In this document: piece by piece, positions 9,971 through 17,405 of the stretch
How positions within the stretch are numbered: position 1 is the first letter of the stretch
Layout: each line of letters starts with the position of its first letter
Origin: an uncultured Pseudomonadota bacterium
GTDB lineage: Bacteria > Oederibacteriota > Muellerivitia > Muellerivitales > Muellerivitaceae
Direction: 5' to 3'
Assembly: GCA_963770835.1 (NCBI GenBank)
Contig: CAVYRH010000004.1
Span: 128,001-192,000, forward strand
DNA: 64,000 nt
Position numbers and translations under genes: made by a program
Notes under the pieces: model-generated
Databases searched by the model: none
Told to the model about the DNA's origin: nothing
The model's input: the letters and a program-made list of their open reading frames with translations, nothing else

Positions 9971-10930
9971 TTAAAAAAGATCCAGTTGTTTATCCGAGAA
10001 AATGGCCTTCCAACGGTTTTGGTAACCCCACTTTTCCCGGAAATGTTTCACCTTCCGGTAAAGCGCTTCGGTGTAACTTTCCGGCGGGTAAGGGCGGGGG
10101 CCGTAAAGTTTTTTCGTCTGCTCGAAGGCGGTGCGGTTGAACTTTTGGAGGACGTAGTAATAGTAGCCCTTCACCACCTGCCCCCGGAGCCTTAGCACGT
10201 TATAGACAAAATAATCCACACCGATCTCCGAGGCCGCGCGGACCATTCCTTCGATGGCATCTTCCGTATCCGTGATGAAAGGAATAATCGGCATCAAATG
10301 GATGCCGCAAGGAATTCCGTGGGCTTTCAACCGACGGAGCGCCTCGAGCCGCCTTTCGATGGGGACCGCATGGGGCTCCAAAAATTTCTGCAAGCGGGGA
10401 TCCAGGGTCGTCAGGGTCATGGCGACGCCCCCGTTGGCCTTTTCCACCAATTCCTTTAACACATCCAAGTCCCTCAAGACGAGGTCCGACTTGGTCGAAA
10501 AGACCGCCGGCCAGCCATACTTGGCCAGGAGCTTAAAGGCCCCCCGGGCCAAACCGTATTTTTTTTCGGCGGGTTGGTAAGGATCAGTGGCTGCACCCAA
10601 GGTAACCCAGTCCCTTTTTCGGCGCGGGTTTGAGAGTTCCTCCTCCAGCACCTCCAAAAGATTCACCTTGACCTGAATCTTTCGTTGGAAATCGAAAGAG
10701 TTTTGGAAGCCCAGGAACCAATGGGTGTAACGCGCAAAACAGAAAGGGCAGCCGTGGCGGCTGCCCCGGTAGAGGTTGAGGGAGTAGTAAAAAGGCTTGG
10801 GGCTGTATGGAAGCCGCGTGTGGTGAAGGGCGGATTTCACCTTGATCTCGATGTACTCCACTTCGCGCGGGTCGTCGTCGACCTCGGCATAGGTGGGTGA
10901 ATAGGAAGTGGAGAGAAAGGGCTCTTTCAA
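9971..10930 (-). CDS. SplB/Rv2578c-like radical SAM protein (putative DNA repair); first Cys of the cluster motif is Ser
   Basis: 'LNLYRGSRHGCPFCFAR', 'TDPYQPAE', 'STKSDLVLRDLD', 'LEP', 'MPIIPFITD'; start moved to TTG 10930 (GGGGA upstream) to avoid overlap with the upstream gene. Confidence 0.85.
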   Translation of the reverse strand: MKEPFLSTSYSPTYAEVDDDPREVEYIEIKVKSALHHTRLPYSPKPFYYSLNLYRGSRHGCPFCFARYTHWFLGFQNSFDFQRKIQVKVNLLEVLEEELSNPRRKRDWVTLGAATDPYQPAEKKYGLARGAFKLLAKYGWPAVFSTKSDLVLRDLDVLKELVEKANGGVAMTLTTLDPRLQKFLEPHAVPIERRLEALRRLKAHGIPCGIHLMPIIPFITDTEDAIEGMVRAASEIGVDYFVYNVLRLRGQVVKGYYYYVLQKFNRTAFEQTKKLYGPRPYPPESYTEALYRKVKHFREKWGYQNRWKAIFSDKQLDLF

Positions 10931-10947
10931 CGGATCCCCCGCGTGTT

Positions 10948-11436
10948 TTACGCGTTGAAACGGGGGTTTTGATAGAGAAAGAAGAGGCTGGGAGAAAAAT
11001 AGCCGGACCCGGCCTCTCCGCGTCGGATGGAATCGGCCACTTCGAGGAAGGACCGGGTGGATTCCAAGAGCTTTTCCGGCGGCACCAACTTGATCGATAG
11101 AGGTTCGTCCTCCCAAAGGTCCTTGTAATCTTTTCCAACGGGAGCGGATTTTTCCTTGAGGAACCTCAGGAATTCCGCCAGCGAAGGTGTTTTTTTCAGG
11201 GAGACCCGCGCACGAAGTCCCTCGGGCCAAATCAAGAAATCCAATAGCTCGTAATCGCCCACCATTTCGCCTTGAAGCAAAGCCTGGACTAGTCGGTGGG
11301 CATTGGGGAGGTCCTTCAACCAAGAAGAAGCCGCTCGAATTGAAACTTCATAAACTACGTTTCTTCGGGAGAAAGGAGAATAGGAGGAGGGAGATTCCCG
11401 AACTAAAGGAAATGAAGGGGATGAAAGGTAAGTCAT
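10948..11436 (-). CDS. Degenerate Y1/REP-associated tyrosine transposase (HUH)-fold protein
   Basis: AAGGAGG RBS; blocks collinear with the Y1_Tnp pattern: VYEVSIR, YELLDFLIWPEGLR (cf. MPNHVH), SLAEFLRFLKEKSA, LWEDEPLSI, EKLLESTRSF (cf. YI..NP). Confidence 0.6.
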   Translation of the reverse strand: MTYLSSPSFPLVRESPSSYSPFSRRNVVYEVSIRAASSWLKDLPNAHRLVQALLQGEMVGDYELLDFLIWPEGLRARVSLKKTPSLAEFLRFLKEKSAPVGKDYKDLWEDEPLSIKLVPPEKLLESTRSFLEVADSIRRGEAGSGYFSPSLFFLYQNPRFNA

Positions 11437-11460
11437 TAAGCACCTCCTTGAAAAGCAGAT

Positions 11461-11532
11461 GTCAGTTGCCAGCCTTTAGGAGTGGGCCTCCCAAAGCCAG
11501 TTAATCTATCGCTGATAACTGACGGCCGATAG
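11461..11532. repeat. Heptamer-periodic inverted repeat downstream of lexA
   Basis: gtcagttgccagc versus gctgata-actgacg-gccgata-gc. Confidence 0.5.
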
Positions 11533-11538
11533 CGGTTG

Positions 11539-12156
11539 TTAACGCGGGCTGAAAACGCCGACGACCTTGCCGATGATCCGGAAATCCTGGGTTTCGTTCA
11601 CCACGATGGGCTGGTATTTCGGATTGGCGGGTTCCAAGACCACCTTGGAACTGGTTTTGCGGAAGGTTTTCACCGTTGCCTCGCCCTCGATTAGGGCTAC
11701 CACGATCTCCCCCGGAGAAGCGTGGCTGGTTTGCTGGACGATCACCTTGTCGCCCGGAAGGATATGGGCGTTTATCATCGAATCCCCTTTGACGGTCAGG
11801 GCGAACAAGCTTCTTCCGCCGCGGGCCATCGAAGGGTCGACCACCATCGTGCTCTCGCGGTTTTCTTCCGCCAAAAGGGGAAGACCGGCGGCGACCTTGC
11901 CCAGCACGGGGATGGAAAGGCCAACGGTGGAGTCATCCACTAATTTCAAACCACGTGCCGTATGGTCCTCTCGTTCCAAATAACCTTTTTCCTCAAGAGC
12001 CAGCAGATGTTTGCGCGCGCTTTGGGGGGAGTTCCATTTGAAATGCCGCATGACTTCCCGAACGGTGGGCGGGCGGTGCGTCTCGGTCAGGTGGCTTTGG
12101 ACGTACTTCAACACTTCACGCTGGATGTCGGTCAGGCTTTCTTCGTTTGAGGCCAT
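11539..12156 (-). CDS. lexA: SOS repressor LexA
   Basis: wHTH 'PPTVREV', Ala-Gly cleavage site 'GKVAAGLP', catalytic Ser 'GDSM' and Lys 'ATVK'; GGAGG RBS before ATG 12156. Confidence 0.97.
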   Translation of the reverse strand: MASNEESLTDIQREVLKYVQSHLTETHRPPTVREVMRHFKWNSPQSARKHLLALEEKGYLEREDHTARGLKLVDDSTVGLSIPVLGKVAAGLPLLAEENRESTMVVDPSMARGGRSLFALTVKGDSMINAHILPGDKVIVQQTSHASPGEIVVALIEGEATVKTFRKTSSKVVLEPANPKYQPIVVNETQDFRIIGKVVGVFSPR

Positions 12157-12176
12157 GGAGTCCTCCAAAAAATTTC

Positions 12177-12226
12177 TTGAAATGGAATACGGTTGTATAC
12201 TAGTATACGAGCGTATTCTTCGTCAA
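12177..12226. promoter_or_regulatory. Overlapping divergent promoters with tandem putative LexA operators (GWATAC-N4-GTATWC x2)
   Basis: gaatac-ggtt-gtatac-ta-gtatac-gagc-gtattc (12185-12218); TTGAAA-18-TAGTAT on + and TTGACG-18-TAGTAT on -. Confidence 0.65.
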
Positions 12227-12247
12227 GGGAAAAGTGGAGGTGGCGGC

Positions 12248-12976
12248 ATGGTGGAAATGGATGTCCAAAACACGATCGGCGTGGAAATAGCCCGGGAAAA
12301 GAGGCCGGATTACCTGGGCCACCGCAAGCGCCTCCGGGAAAAATACGGCGCCGAAGGGGCTTCGGCGCTCCAGGATTACGAACTGCTGGAACTGCTTCTC
12401 TCCTTTTCCATTCCCCATCGGGACACCAAGCCTTACGCGAAGAGGCTGCTGGCGGTCTTCACGAACGTGCGGCGGATCCTGGAGGCGGATGTGACGGCCC
12501 TCCAAACCCTCGGGGAACTGCCGCCCCAAAGCGCCCTGCATTTCAGGGCCATGGGCGACCTCTTCCGCCTGGCCCACCAGGAGGAATTCAAGCGGGGCCG
12601 CTCCGTCGGCGGACCGGAGGACGTGGCGGCTTTCTTGAGGGAGCAAATCGGTAGCCGTCCCCGGGAAGTTTTCACCGCGCTGTTCATGGACCACCGCAAC
12701 CACCTTTTGGCCTTCGAGCACCTGCAGGAAGGCACGGTGGACCACACCGCCGTTTATCCCCGGGAAATTTTAAGACGCGCCCTAGACCTCCACGCCACGG
12801 GGATCATCCTGGCCCACAACCATCCCGCGGGAAGCCTGGAGCCCTCCGAAGGAGATAAGCAATTGACCCGGCAGGTCCTGACCGCAGCCCGCGCCATGGG
12901 CATCACGGTGCACGACCATTTGATCCTCGCTACCGAGGGGTATTTCTCGTTCCGGCAAGCGGGGTTATTGGTATGA
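12248..12976 (+). CDS. radC: RadC family JAB-domain protein
   Basis: 'GHRKRLR', 'DYELLELLL', 'GTVDHTAVYPREI', 'AHNHPAG', 'HDHLI'; GGAGG RBS. Confidence 0.95.
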   Translation: MVEMDVQNTIGVEIAREKRPDYLGHRKRLREKYGAEGASALQDYELLELLLSFSIPHRDTKPYAKRLLAVFTNVRRILEADVTALQTLGELPPQSALHFRAMGDLFRLAHQEEFKRGRSVGGPEDVAAFLREQIGSRPREVFTALFMDHRNHLLAFEHLQEGTVDHTAVYPREILRRALDLHATGIILAHNHPAGSLEPSEGDKQLTRQVLTAARAMGITVHDHLILATEGYFSFRQAGLLV

Positions 12977-13317
12977 GTGAAGCACTAAACGGTTTAGAGG
13001 ATTTTCCCAATGAACTACATGTGCTGATGAAATTCCATATGCAAATAGGCAGGTGGCCCCAAGATTCAGGGGAACTTTGCGCTTACGAAGAATGCGAAGG
13101 GATTCCCTTAAACATCACCAATTATCCCATGGTGTTTTCTGGGGATCCTTTTTCAAGCAAATTGAAAATCCAACTGCTCAAAATCGATGAAAAACTAGAA
13201 AAAAGCGTTCCATTTGGCGAGCTCGAATTTGGAGTCTCGATCCAAAAGGGGCAGTTGGTTGAAGAGGCGGTCAACGCGAAGTTTAAAAGTTATTTTTGCG
13301 CGTATCGAAAGTACTGA
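12973..13317 (+). CDS. Hypothetical protein, paralog of 13330..13716
   Basis: ATGA-coupled to radC; shares the F-x6-WP-x4-EL-x2-(Y/F)-x4-G-x2-L pattern with the next ORF. Confidence 0.7.
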   Translation: MSEALNGLEDFPNELHVLMKFHMQIGRWPQDSGELCAYEECEGIPLNITNYPMVFSGDPFSSKLKIQLLKIDEKLEKSVPFGELEFGVSIQKGQLVEEAVNAKFKSYFCAYRKY

Positions 13318-13329
13318 TAGGAGGAAGTC

Positions 13330-13716
13330 ATGAAAGAAATTAAGTCGTCGCTGGAGAAAATCCTGAAGGTCACCAGCATCTTCCGGCTGGAAAAAAGGAA
13401 ATGGCCCCTTCACGCCGCCGAGCTCCAATCCTTCGCGCTGGAACTGGGGAAGTCATTGGATTTCTCCAAGTTCCACCGCTGCCGCTTTGTCATCAAGTCC
13501 AACCAGGAAATGGTCCTGGATTTTTGCCTCTCGCCGTCGGGAGACGGCTGGGCGCCGCGGGGGGCCATGGAAGTGAGGGTTCCGGGACTGGAAAAAGAGG
13601 ACACACTTCCCATGCAGGTGGAAATAAAAGACCTGGCGCCCCAGAAGGTGGAGGCCAGGTCTTATTGTTCTGTCCCGAATTATTATGAGGAGGAGGCGCG
13701 AAAGATCTCAGCCTAA
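13330..13716 (+). CDS. Hypothetical protein, paralog of 12973..13317
   Basis: AGGAGG RBS; 'FRLEKRKWPLHAAELQSFALELGKSLDF'. Confidence 0.75.
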   Translation: MKEIKSSLEKILKVTSIFRLEKRKWPLHAAELQSFALELGKSLDFSKFHRCRFVIKSNQEMVLDFCLSPSGDGWAPRGAMEVRVPGLEKEDTLPMQVEIKDLAPQKVEARSYCSVPNYYEEEARKISA

Positions 13717-13728
13717 CGGTTGGAAAAC

Positions 13729-13878
13729 TTTAACAGGATGATGAAAAAGTCCAAACGGCGGACTTTTTCGTATCCGTGTCGCGAATCATCCCTTGAAAAA
13801 CAAGGGATTTAAGGCGATTCGCTCCTAGCCCGTGGCTGTAGACAGGGTGGAAAAAGACTTTTTCAGCACCCTGTTAAA
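13729..13878. mobile_element. MITE-like element, 150 bp, 23-bp terminal inverted repeats
   Basis: tttaacaggatgatgaaaaagtc ... gactttttcagcaccctgttaaa (21/23 match); internal hairpin gcgaatc..cccttg/caaggg..gattcgc; no ORF. Confidence 0.55.
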
Positions 13879-13906
13879 CCTTGGCGGCCGGGAATCCTTC
13901 AACACT

Positions 13907-14719
13907 TCAAGCTTGGGCCGCCGGTGCGCCTTCTTCTTTCTTATCTTCCAAATGCATGCCCACGATGTTGGCGCCGGCATCCACATAGATGATCTCACCG
14001 GTAACGCCCGAGGACCAGGAGGAAGCCAAATAGGTGGCGGTGGAGCCTACCTCGTCCTGGCTGACATTGCGTTTCAGGGGCGTCATTTCCCCCGCGGCTT
14101 TCATCATGGTCTTGATTCCGCCGACGGCTGAGGCGGCCAGGGTCTTGATGGGGCCGGCCGAAATGGCGTTGACGCGGATATTCTTGGGGCCCAGGTCGTA
14201 GGCCAGGTAGCGCACATTGGCTTCCAAGGCGGCTTTCGCCACCCCCATGATGTTGTAGTTGGGGATGACCTTGACGGCGCCGTAATAGGTCAGGGCGATG
14301 ATACTGGCGCCATCGTTCAGCAAGGGAACGGCGGGACGGGTGATGGCGATCAGGCTATAGGCCGAGATATCCATGGCCAGGTGGAAGCCGGCGCGGCTGG
14401 TATTCGTAAAGGTCCCCGAAAGGTCCTCTTTATTGGCGAAGGCGATGCAATGGATCAGGATGTCGAACTTGCCCCAGGCCTTTTCCACTTCTTTATAGAG
14501 GGCTTCGATCTGGTCATCCTTGGAAACGTCGCAGGGAAGGATCAGCTTGGCGCCGACCGATTCGGCCAGGGGACGGACGCGCTTTTCCAGGGCCTCCCCC
14601 AGGAAATTAAAGCCGAGTTCGGCTCCCTCCGCGTGGAAGGCCTTGGCGATGCCCCATGCGATGGAACGGTCGTTGGCCACCCCGAAGATGAAAGCTTTTT
14701 TCCCCGACAGTAATCCCAT
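13907..14719 (-). CDS. fabI: Enoyl-ACP reductase FabI
   Basis: 'GVANDRSIAWGIA', 'YNIMGVAKAALEA', 'NAISAGPIKTLAA'. Confidence 0.96.
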   Translation of the reverse strand: MGLLSGKKAFIFGVANDRSIAWGIAKAFHAEGAELGFNFLGEALEKRVRPLAESVGAKLILPCDVSKDDQIEALYKEVEKAWGKFDILIHCIAFANKEDLSGTFTNTSRAGFHLAMDISAYSLIAITRPAVPLLNDGASIIALTYYGAVKVIPNYNIMGVAKAALEANVRYLAYDLGPKNIRVNAISAGPIKTLAASAVGGIKTMMKAAGEMTPLKRNVSQDEVGSTATYLASSWSSGVTGEIIYVDAGANIVGMHLEDKKEEGAPAAQA

Positions 14720-14900
14720 GTCCCTTCCTCCCTAAAATTAACCGGTTGTGAACTTAGCGGTAATGATGCCGCCCCCCGCGTAACGGGCCCCATAACTTAA
14801 CGGTTTTTACTGGGAGTTTAAAGCCAAAAAGAGGGTGCTTTTTCATGATTTGTTGAAGAATAATAGCCTCTGTTTTTCAAAACCTCCGGAGGAAAAAGGA

Positions 14901-15203
14901 ATGATTAAGCATGTTGTCCTTTGGAAATTGAAAGAGAACGTTGAGGGGAAGTCCAAAGTAGAAATGGCGCGGGAACTCAAGGCGGCGCTGGAGGGGTTAA
15001 AGGGAAAAGTAATGGAAATCCAATCCCTGGAAGTAGGCCTCAACTTCAACCCGGCGGACACGGCCTGCGACCTTTCCCTTTATACCGAATTCAAGAGCCG
15101 GGAGGATTTGGACAAGTACCAGAAGCATCCGGAACATTTGAAGGTGGCGGAACTGGTAAAAAAGATGACGGTGGAACGCCGGGTGTCGGATTATGAAATT
15201 TAG
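14901..15203 (+). CDS. Dabb family stress-responsive A/B barrel protein
   Basis: 'MIKHVVLWKLK', 'LDKYQKHPEH'. Confidence 0.9.
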   Translation: MIKHVVLWKLKENVEGKSKVEMARELKAALEGLKGKVMEIQSLEVGLNFNPADTACDLSLYTEFKSREDLDKYQKHPEHLKVAELVKKMTVERRVSDYEI

Positions 15204-15220
15204 AAGATAAGGAGCCTTTT

Positions 15221-16078
15221 ATGCCGAAGACAACAAAACCCAAGGCCAAGTCCGCCTCCCCGAAACCGGCCAAAGCTAAAGCCGCCTCGGGAACCTCCTC
15301 CAAAAACCTCAAAATCGCCACCTTCAACGCCAATTCCATCCGGATGCGGATGCCCATCCTCCTGAACTGGCTCAAGAAAGAAAAACCGGACGTCTTGGCG
15401 GTCCAGGAAACCAAGGTGCAGGACTCGGAATTCCCCAAGGAGCCCATCGTGCAGGCGGGTTGGAACGTGGTTTTCCACGGGCAGAAGGGCTACAACGGGG
15501 TGGCTTTCATTTCCCAAAAGCCCATGGAAAAAGTGGACATGGGTTTCTACAAACAACCAGAGGAGCAGGCGCGCTTTATTACCGGCGAATACGCGGGTGT
15601 CCGGTTGTTCAACACTTATATCCCGCAAGGGTTTGATATCACCTCCGAGAAGTACCAGTACAAGCTCAAGTACCTGGCTGACCTGAAGAAATACTTCGAT
15701 AAGAAAGTGCCCAACAGCCTGCCGGCCCTTTGGATGGGGGATTTGAACGTGGCCCGAACCGAGATCGACCTGAACAACCCCAAGGGCAACAAGGAACATC
15801 CCTGCTTCCATATCGACGCCCGCAACGCCTTAGAGGAAGTCCTGAAAGGAAAATGGACGGACCTGTTCCGCGAAAAAGTGAAAGAGGGTGGCCACTACAC
15901 CTTTTGGGACATGCGCTTTCCCGGGGCTTTCGAGCGGAACGCCGGTTGGAGGATCGACCTCATCCTGGGGACGCCCCCCATGGTGGAGCGCCTGAAAAAA
16001 GTCTGGATCGATACCAAGCCCCGCGGCCTGGAAAAGCCCTCGGACCACACCTTTTTATTGGCGGAATTTTCCCGATAA
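15221..16078 (+). CDS. xth: Exodeoxyribonuclease III
   Basis: 'KIATFNANSIR', 'VQETK', 'GDLNVA', 'GWRIDLIL', 'PSDH'; Lys/Ala/Pro-rich N-terminal tail. Confidence 0.95.
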   Translation: MPKTTKPKAKSASPKPAKAKAASGTSSKNLKIATFNANSIRMRMPILLNWLKKEKPDVLAVQETKVQDSEFPKEPIVQAGWNVVFHGQKGYNGVAFISQKPMEKVDMGFYKQPEEQARFITGEYAGVRLFNTYIPQGFDITSEKYQYKLKYLADLKKYFDKKVPNSLPALWMGDLNVARTEIDLNNPKGNKEHPCFHIDARNALEEVLKGKWTDLFREKVKEGGHYTFWDMRFPGAFERNAGWRIDLILGTPPMVERLKKVWIDTKPRGLEKPSDHTFLLAEFSR

Positions 16079-16135
16079 GTTCGGGGGCGTTTAGAACCGG
16101 CTTATTGGCGAGACCCCCAGGGCAAAACTTGCCCG

Positions 16136-16990
16136 TCATTTTTCCTGGAGGATGTTGTTCCAACCGAACTTCCCGCTTTTATCCAGGAAGGGCTGTTCCA
16201 ACAGCATGTTCACCGGCAGATACTTCTCATCGTGGAAAACGTCCAGGCCGATCTTCATTTTCTCGTGGCCTTCCTTGGGCTGCGCCCGGTAGGTTCCCAG
16301 CAACCGGTCCCAAATTGACAAGTTAAAACCAAAATTGCTGTTCGTCTCCAAGGGGATCACGGAATGATGCACCCGGTGCATGTCCGGTGTCACAATCAAC
16401 GAACGCAGGATCTTGTCCAGCCAAGCGGGCATCCGGACATTGGAGTGGGTGAAGAGGGAGGAGACGTTCAAGATCAGCTCGAAAAGAAAAACGCCGAAGG
16501 CCGGCGCTCCCAGGAGAAGGACGAAGAAGGATTTGATCAGCATGGAAAGGATCATTTCACCGGTGTGAAAACGAACGCCGGTGGTGACGTCCACTTCCAA
16601 ATCCGTGTGATGGGTGCGGTGGAACTTCCAAAATAATGGAATGGCGTGGAAGGCCCGGTGCTGGTAATAAACCATCCAATCCATCGCCACGAGGGTGAAA
16701 ACCACCGAGAAGGCCCATGGAACCTCAACCCATTGAAATAACCCGAAATTCTGGCTTTTCGCCAAATAAGCGGCGCCGATGACGGCGCTGGGAAAAAGGA
16801 GGCGAGTGATGACCGCATTCAGGATGGTCAAAGCCAGGTTGTGGGGCCAGCGTTCCATGCGGGGTATCTTTTCTTTCCGGCGGGAAGCCTGAAACTCCCA
16901 CAAAACCATCAGGGCGAATGTCCCCAGAAACCAATAAAACCGGATATTTCTTTCATGACCTAATACAGCCAATTGAGCGTTCCAGTCCAT
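16136..16990 (-). CDS. Sterol desaturase / fatty acid hydroxylase family protein
   Basis: His boxes 'HRAFH', 'HRTHH', 'HSN', 'HRVHH'; AAGGAGG before ATG 16990. Confidence 0.92.
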   Translation of the reverse strand: MDWNAQLAVLGHERNIRFYWFLGTFALMVLWEFQASRRKEKIPRMERWPHNLALTILNAVITRLLFPSAVIGAAYLAKSQNFGLFQWVEVPWAFSVVFTLVAMDWMVYYQHRAFHAIPLFWKFHRTHHTDLEVDVTTGVRFHTGEMILSMLIKSFFVLLLGAPAFGVFLFELILNVSSLFTHSNVRMPAWLDKILRSLIVTPDMHRVHHSVIPLETNSNFGFNLSIWDRLLGTYRAQPKEGHEKMKIGLDVFHDEKYLPVNMLLEQPFLDKSGKFGWNNILQEK

Positions 16991-17078
16991 TCCACGCCTC
17001 CTTAACCCTAACCCGGACGAGCCGGGACCAAACAAGGGCATGTTCTCAATTATTTCGGGTGAAACCAAGGGTTAAAGC

Positions 17079-17145
17079 GCCCGGTTCCTTAGCCCGATAA
17101 ATTTTCATCATTTTTCGTAAATTTTTGCGGGTAAGGAACTAGGGC
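17079..17145. repeat. Long imperfect hairpin in divergent intergenic region
   Basis: gccc-ggttcctta-gcccg-ataaattt ... aaatttttg-cggg-taaggaact-agggc. Confidence 0.5.
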
Positions 17146-17405
17146 AAGTATATCTCATTCGGTCCTATCCCGCCCGTATTGGAAACAAACCCCTTCCGCC
17201 TTAGATCCTGTGCTTTAGGTTTTACCCGCCAGTCCACTGCGAGGGGATCGGTTCGGCCTGGGATCGCCTTTTTACCCTCTTAGTTGACTAATAAAAACCT
17301 TGGGGGGATAATGAGTTTAGCGATAAGCTATTGTGATTGAATTTGGAGTTGCCGCTCCCGACTTTTCGATCCCTTCCTAAATGATGACTACAACAACAAT
17401 TTAAA

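Noticed and set aside
10931..11323. Long N-terminal extension of the radical SAM ORF (450 aa in the track)
   Set aside because: Overlaps the 162-aa gene with a strong RBS in another frame; family similarity starts only near 10880
10948..11436. Active IS200/IS605 or RAYT mobile element
   Set aside because: No HUH, no catalytic Tyr, no tnpB and no clear paired element ends
12011..12247. N-terminal extension of radC
   Set aside because: Antisense to lexA and runs through the promoter; GGAGG-ATG at 12248 is the better start
17190..17240. Possible c-di-GMP-I or ZTP riboswitch on the minus strand (aaagcacaggatctaagg; gactggcg)
   Set aside because: Only fragments match; the GGCAAA/GAAA/GACGC elements and the ZTP 3' stem are not found
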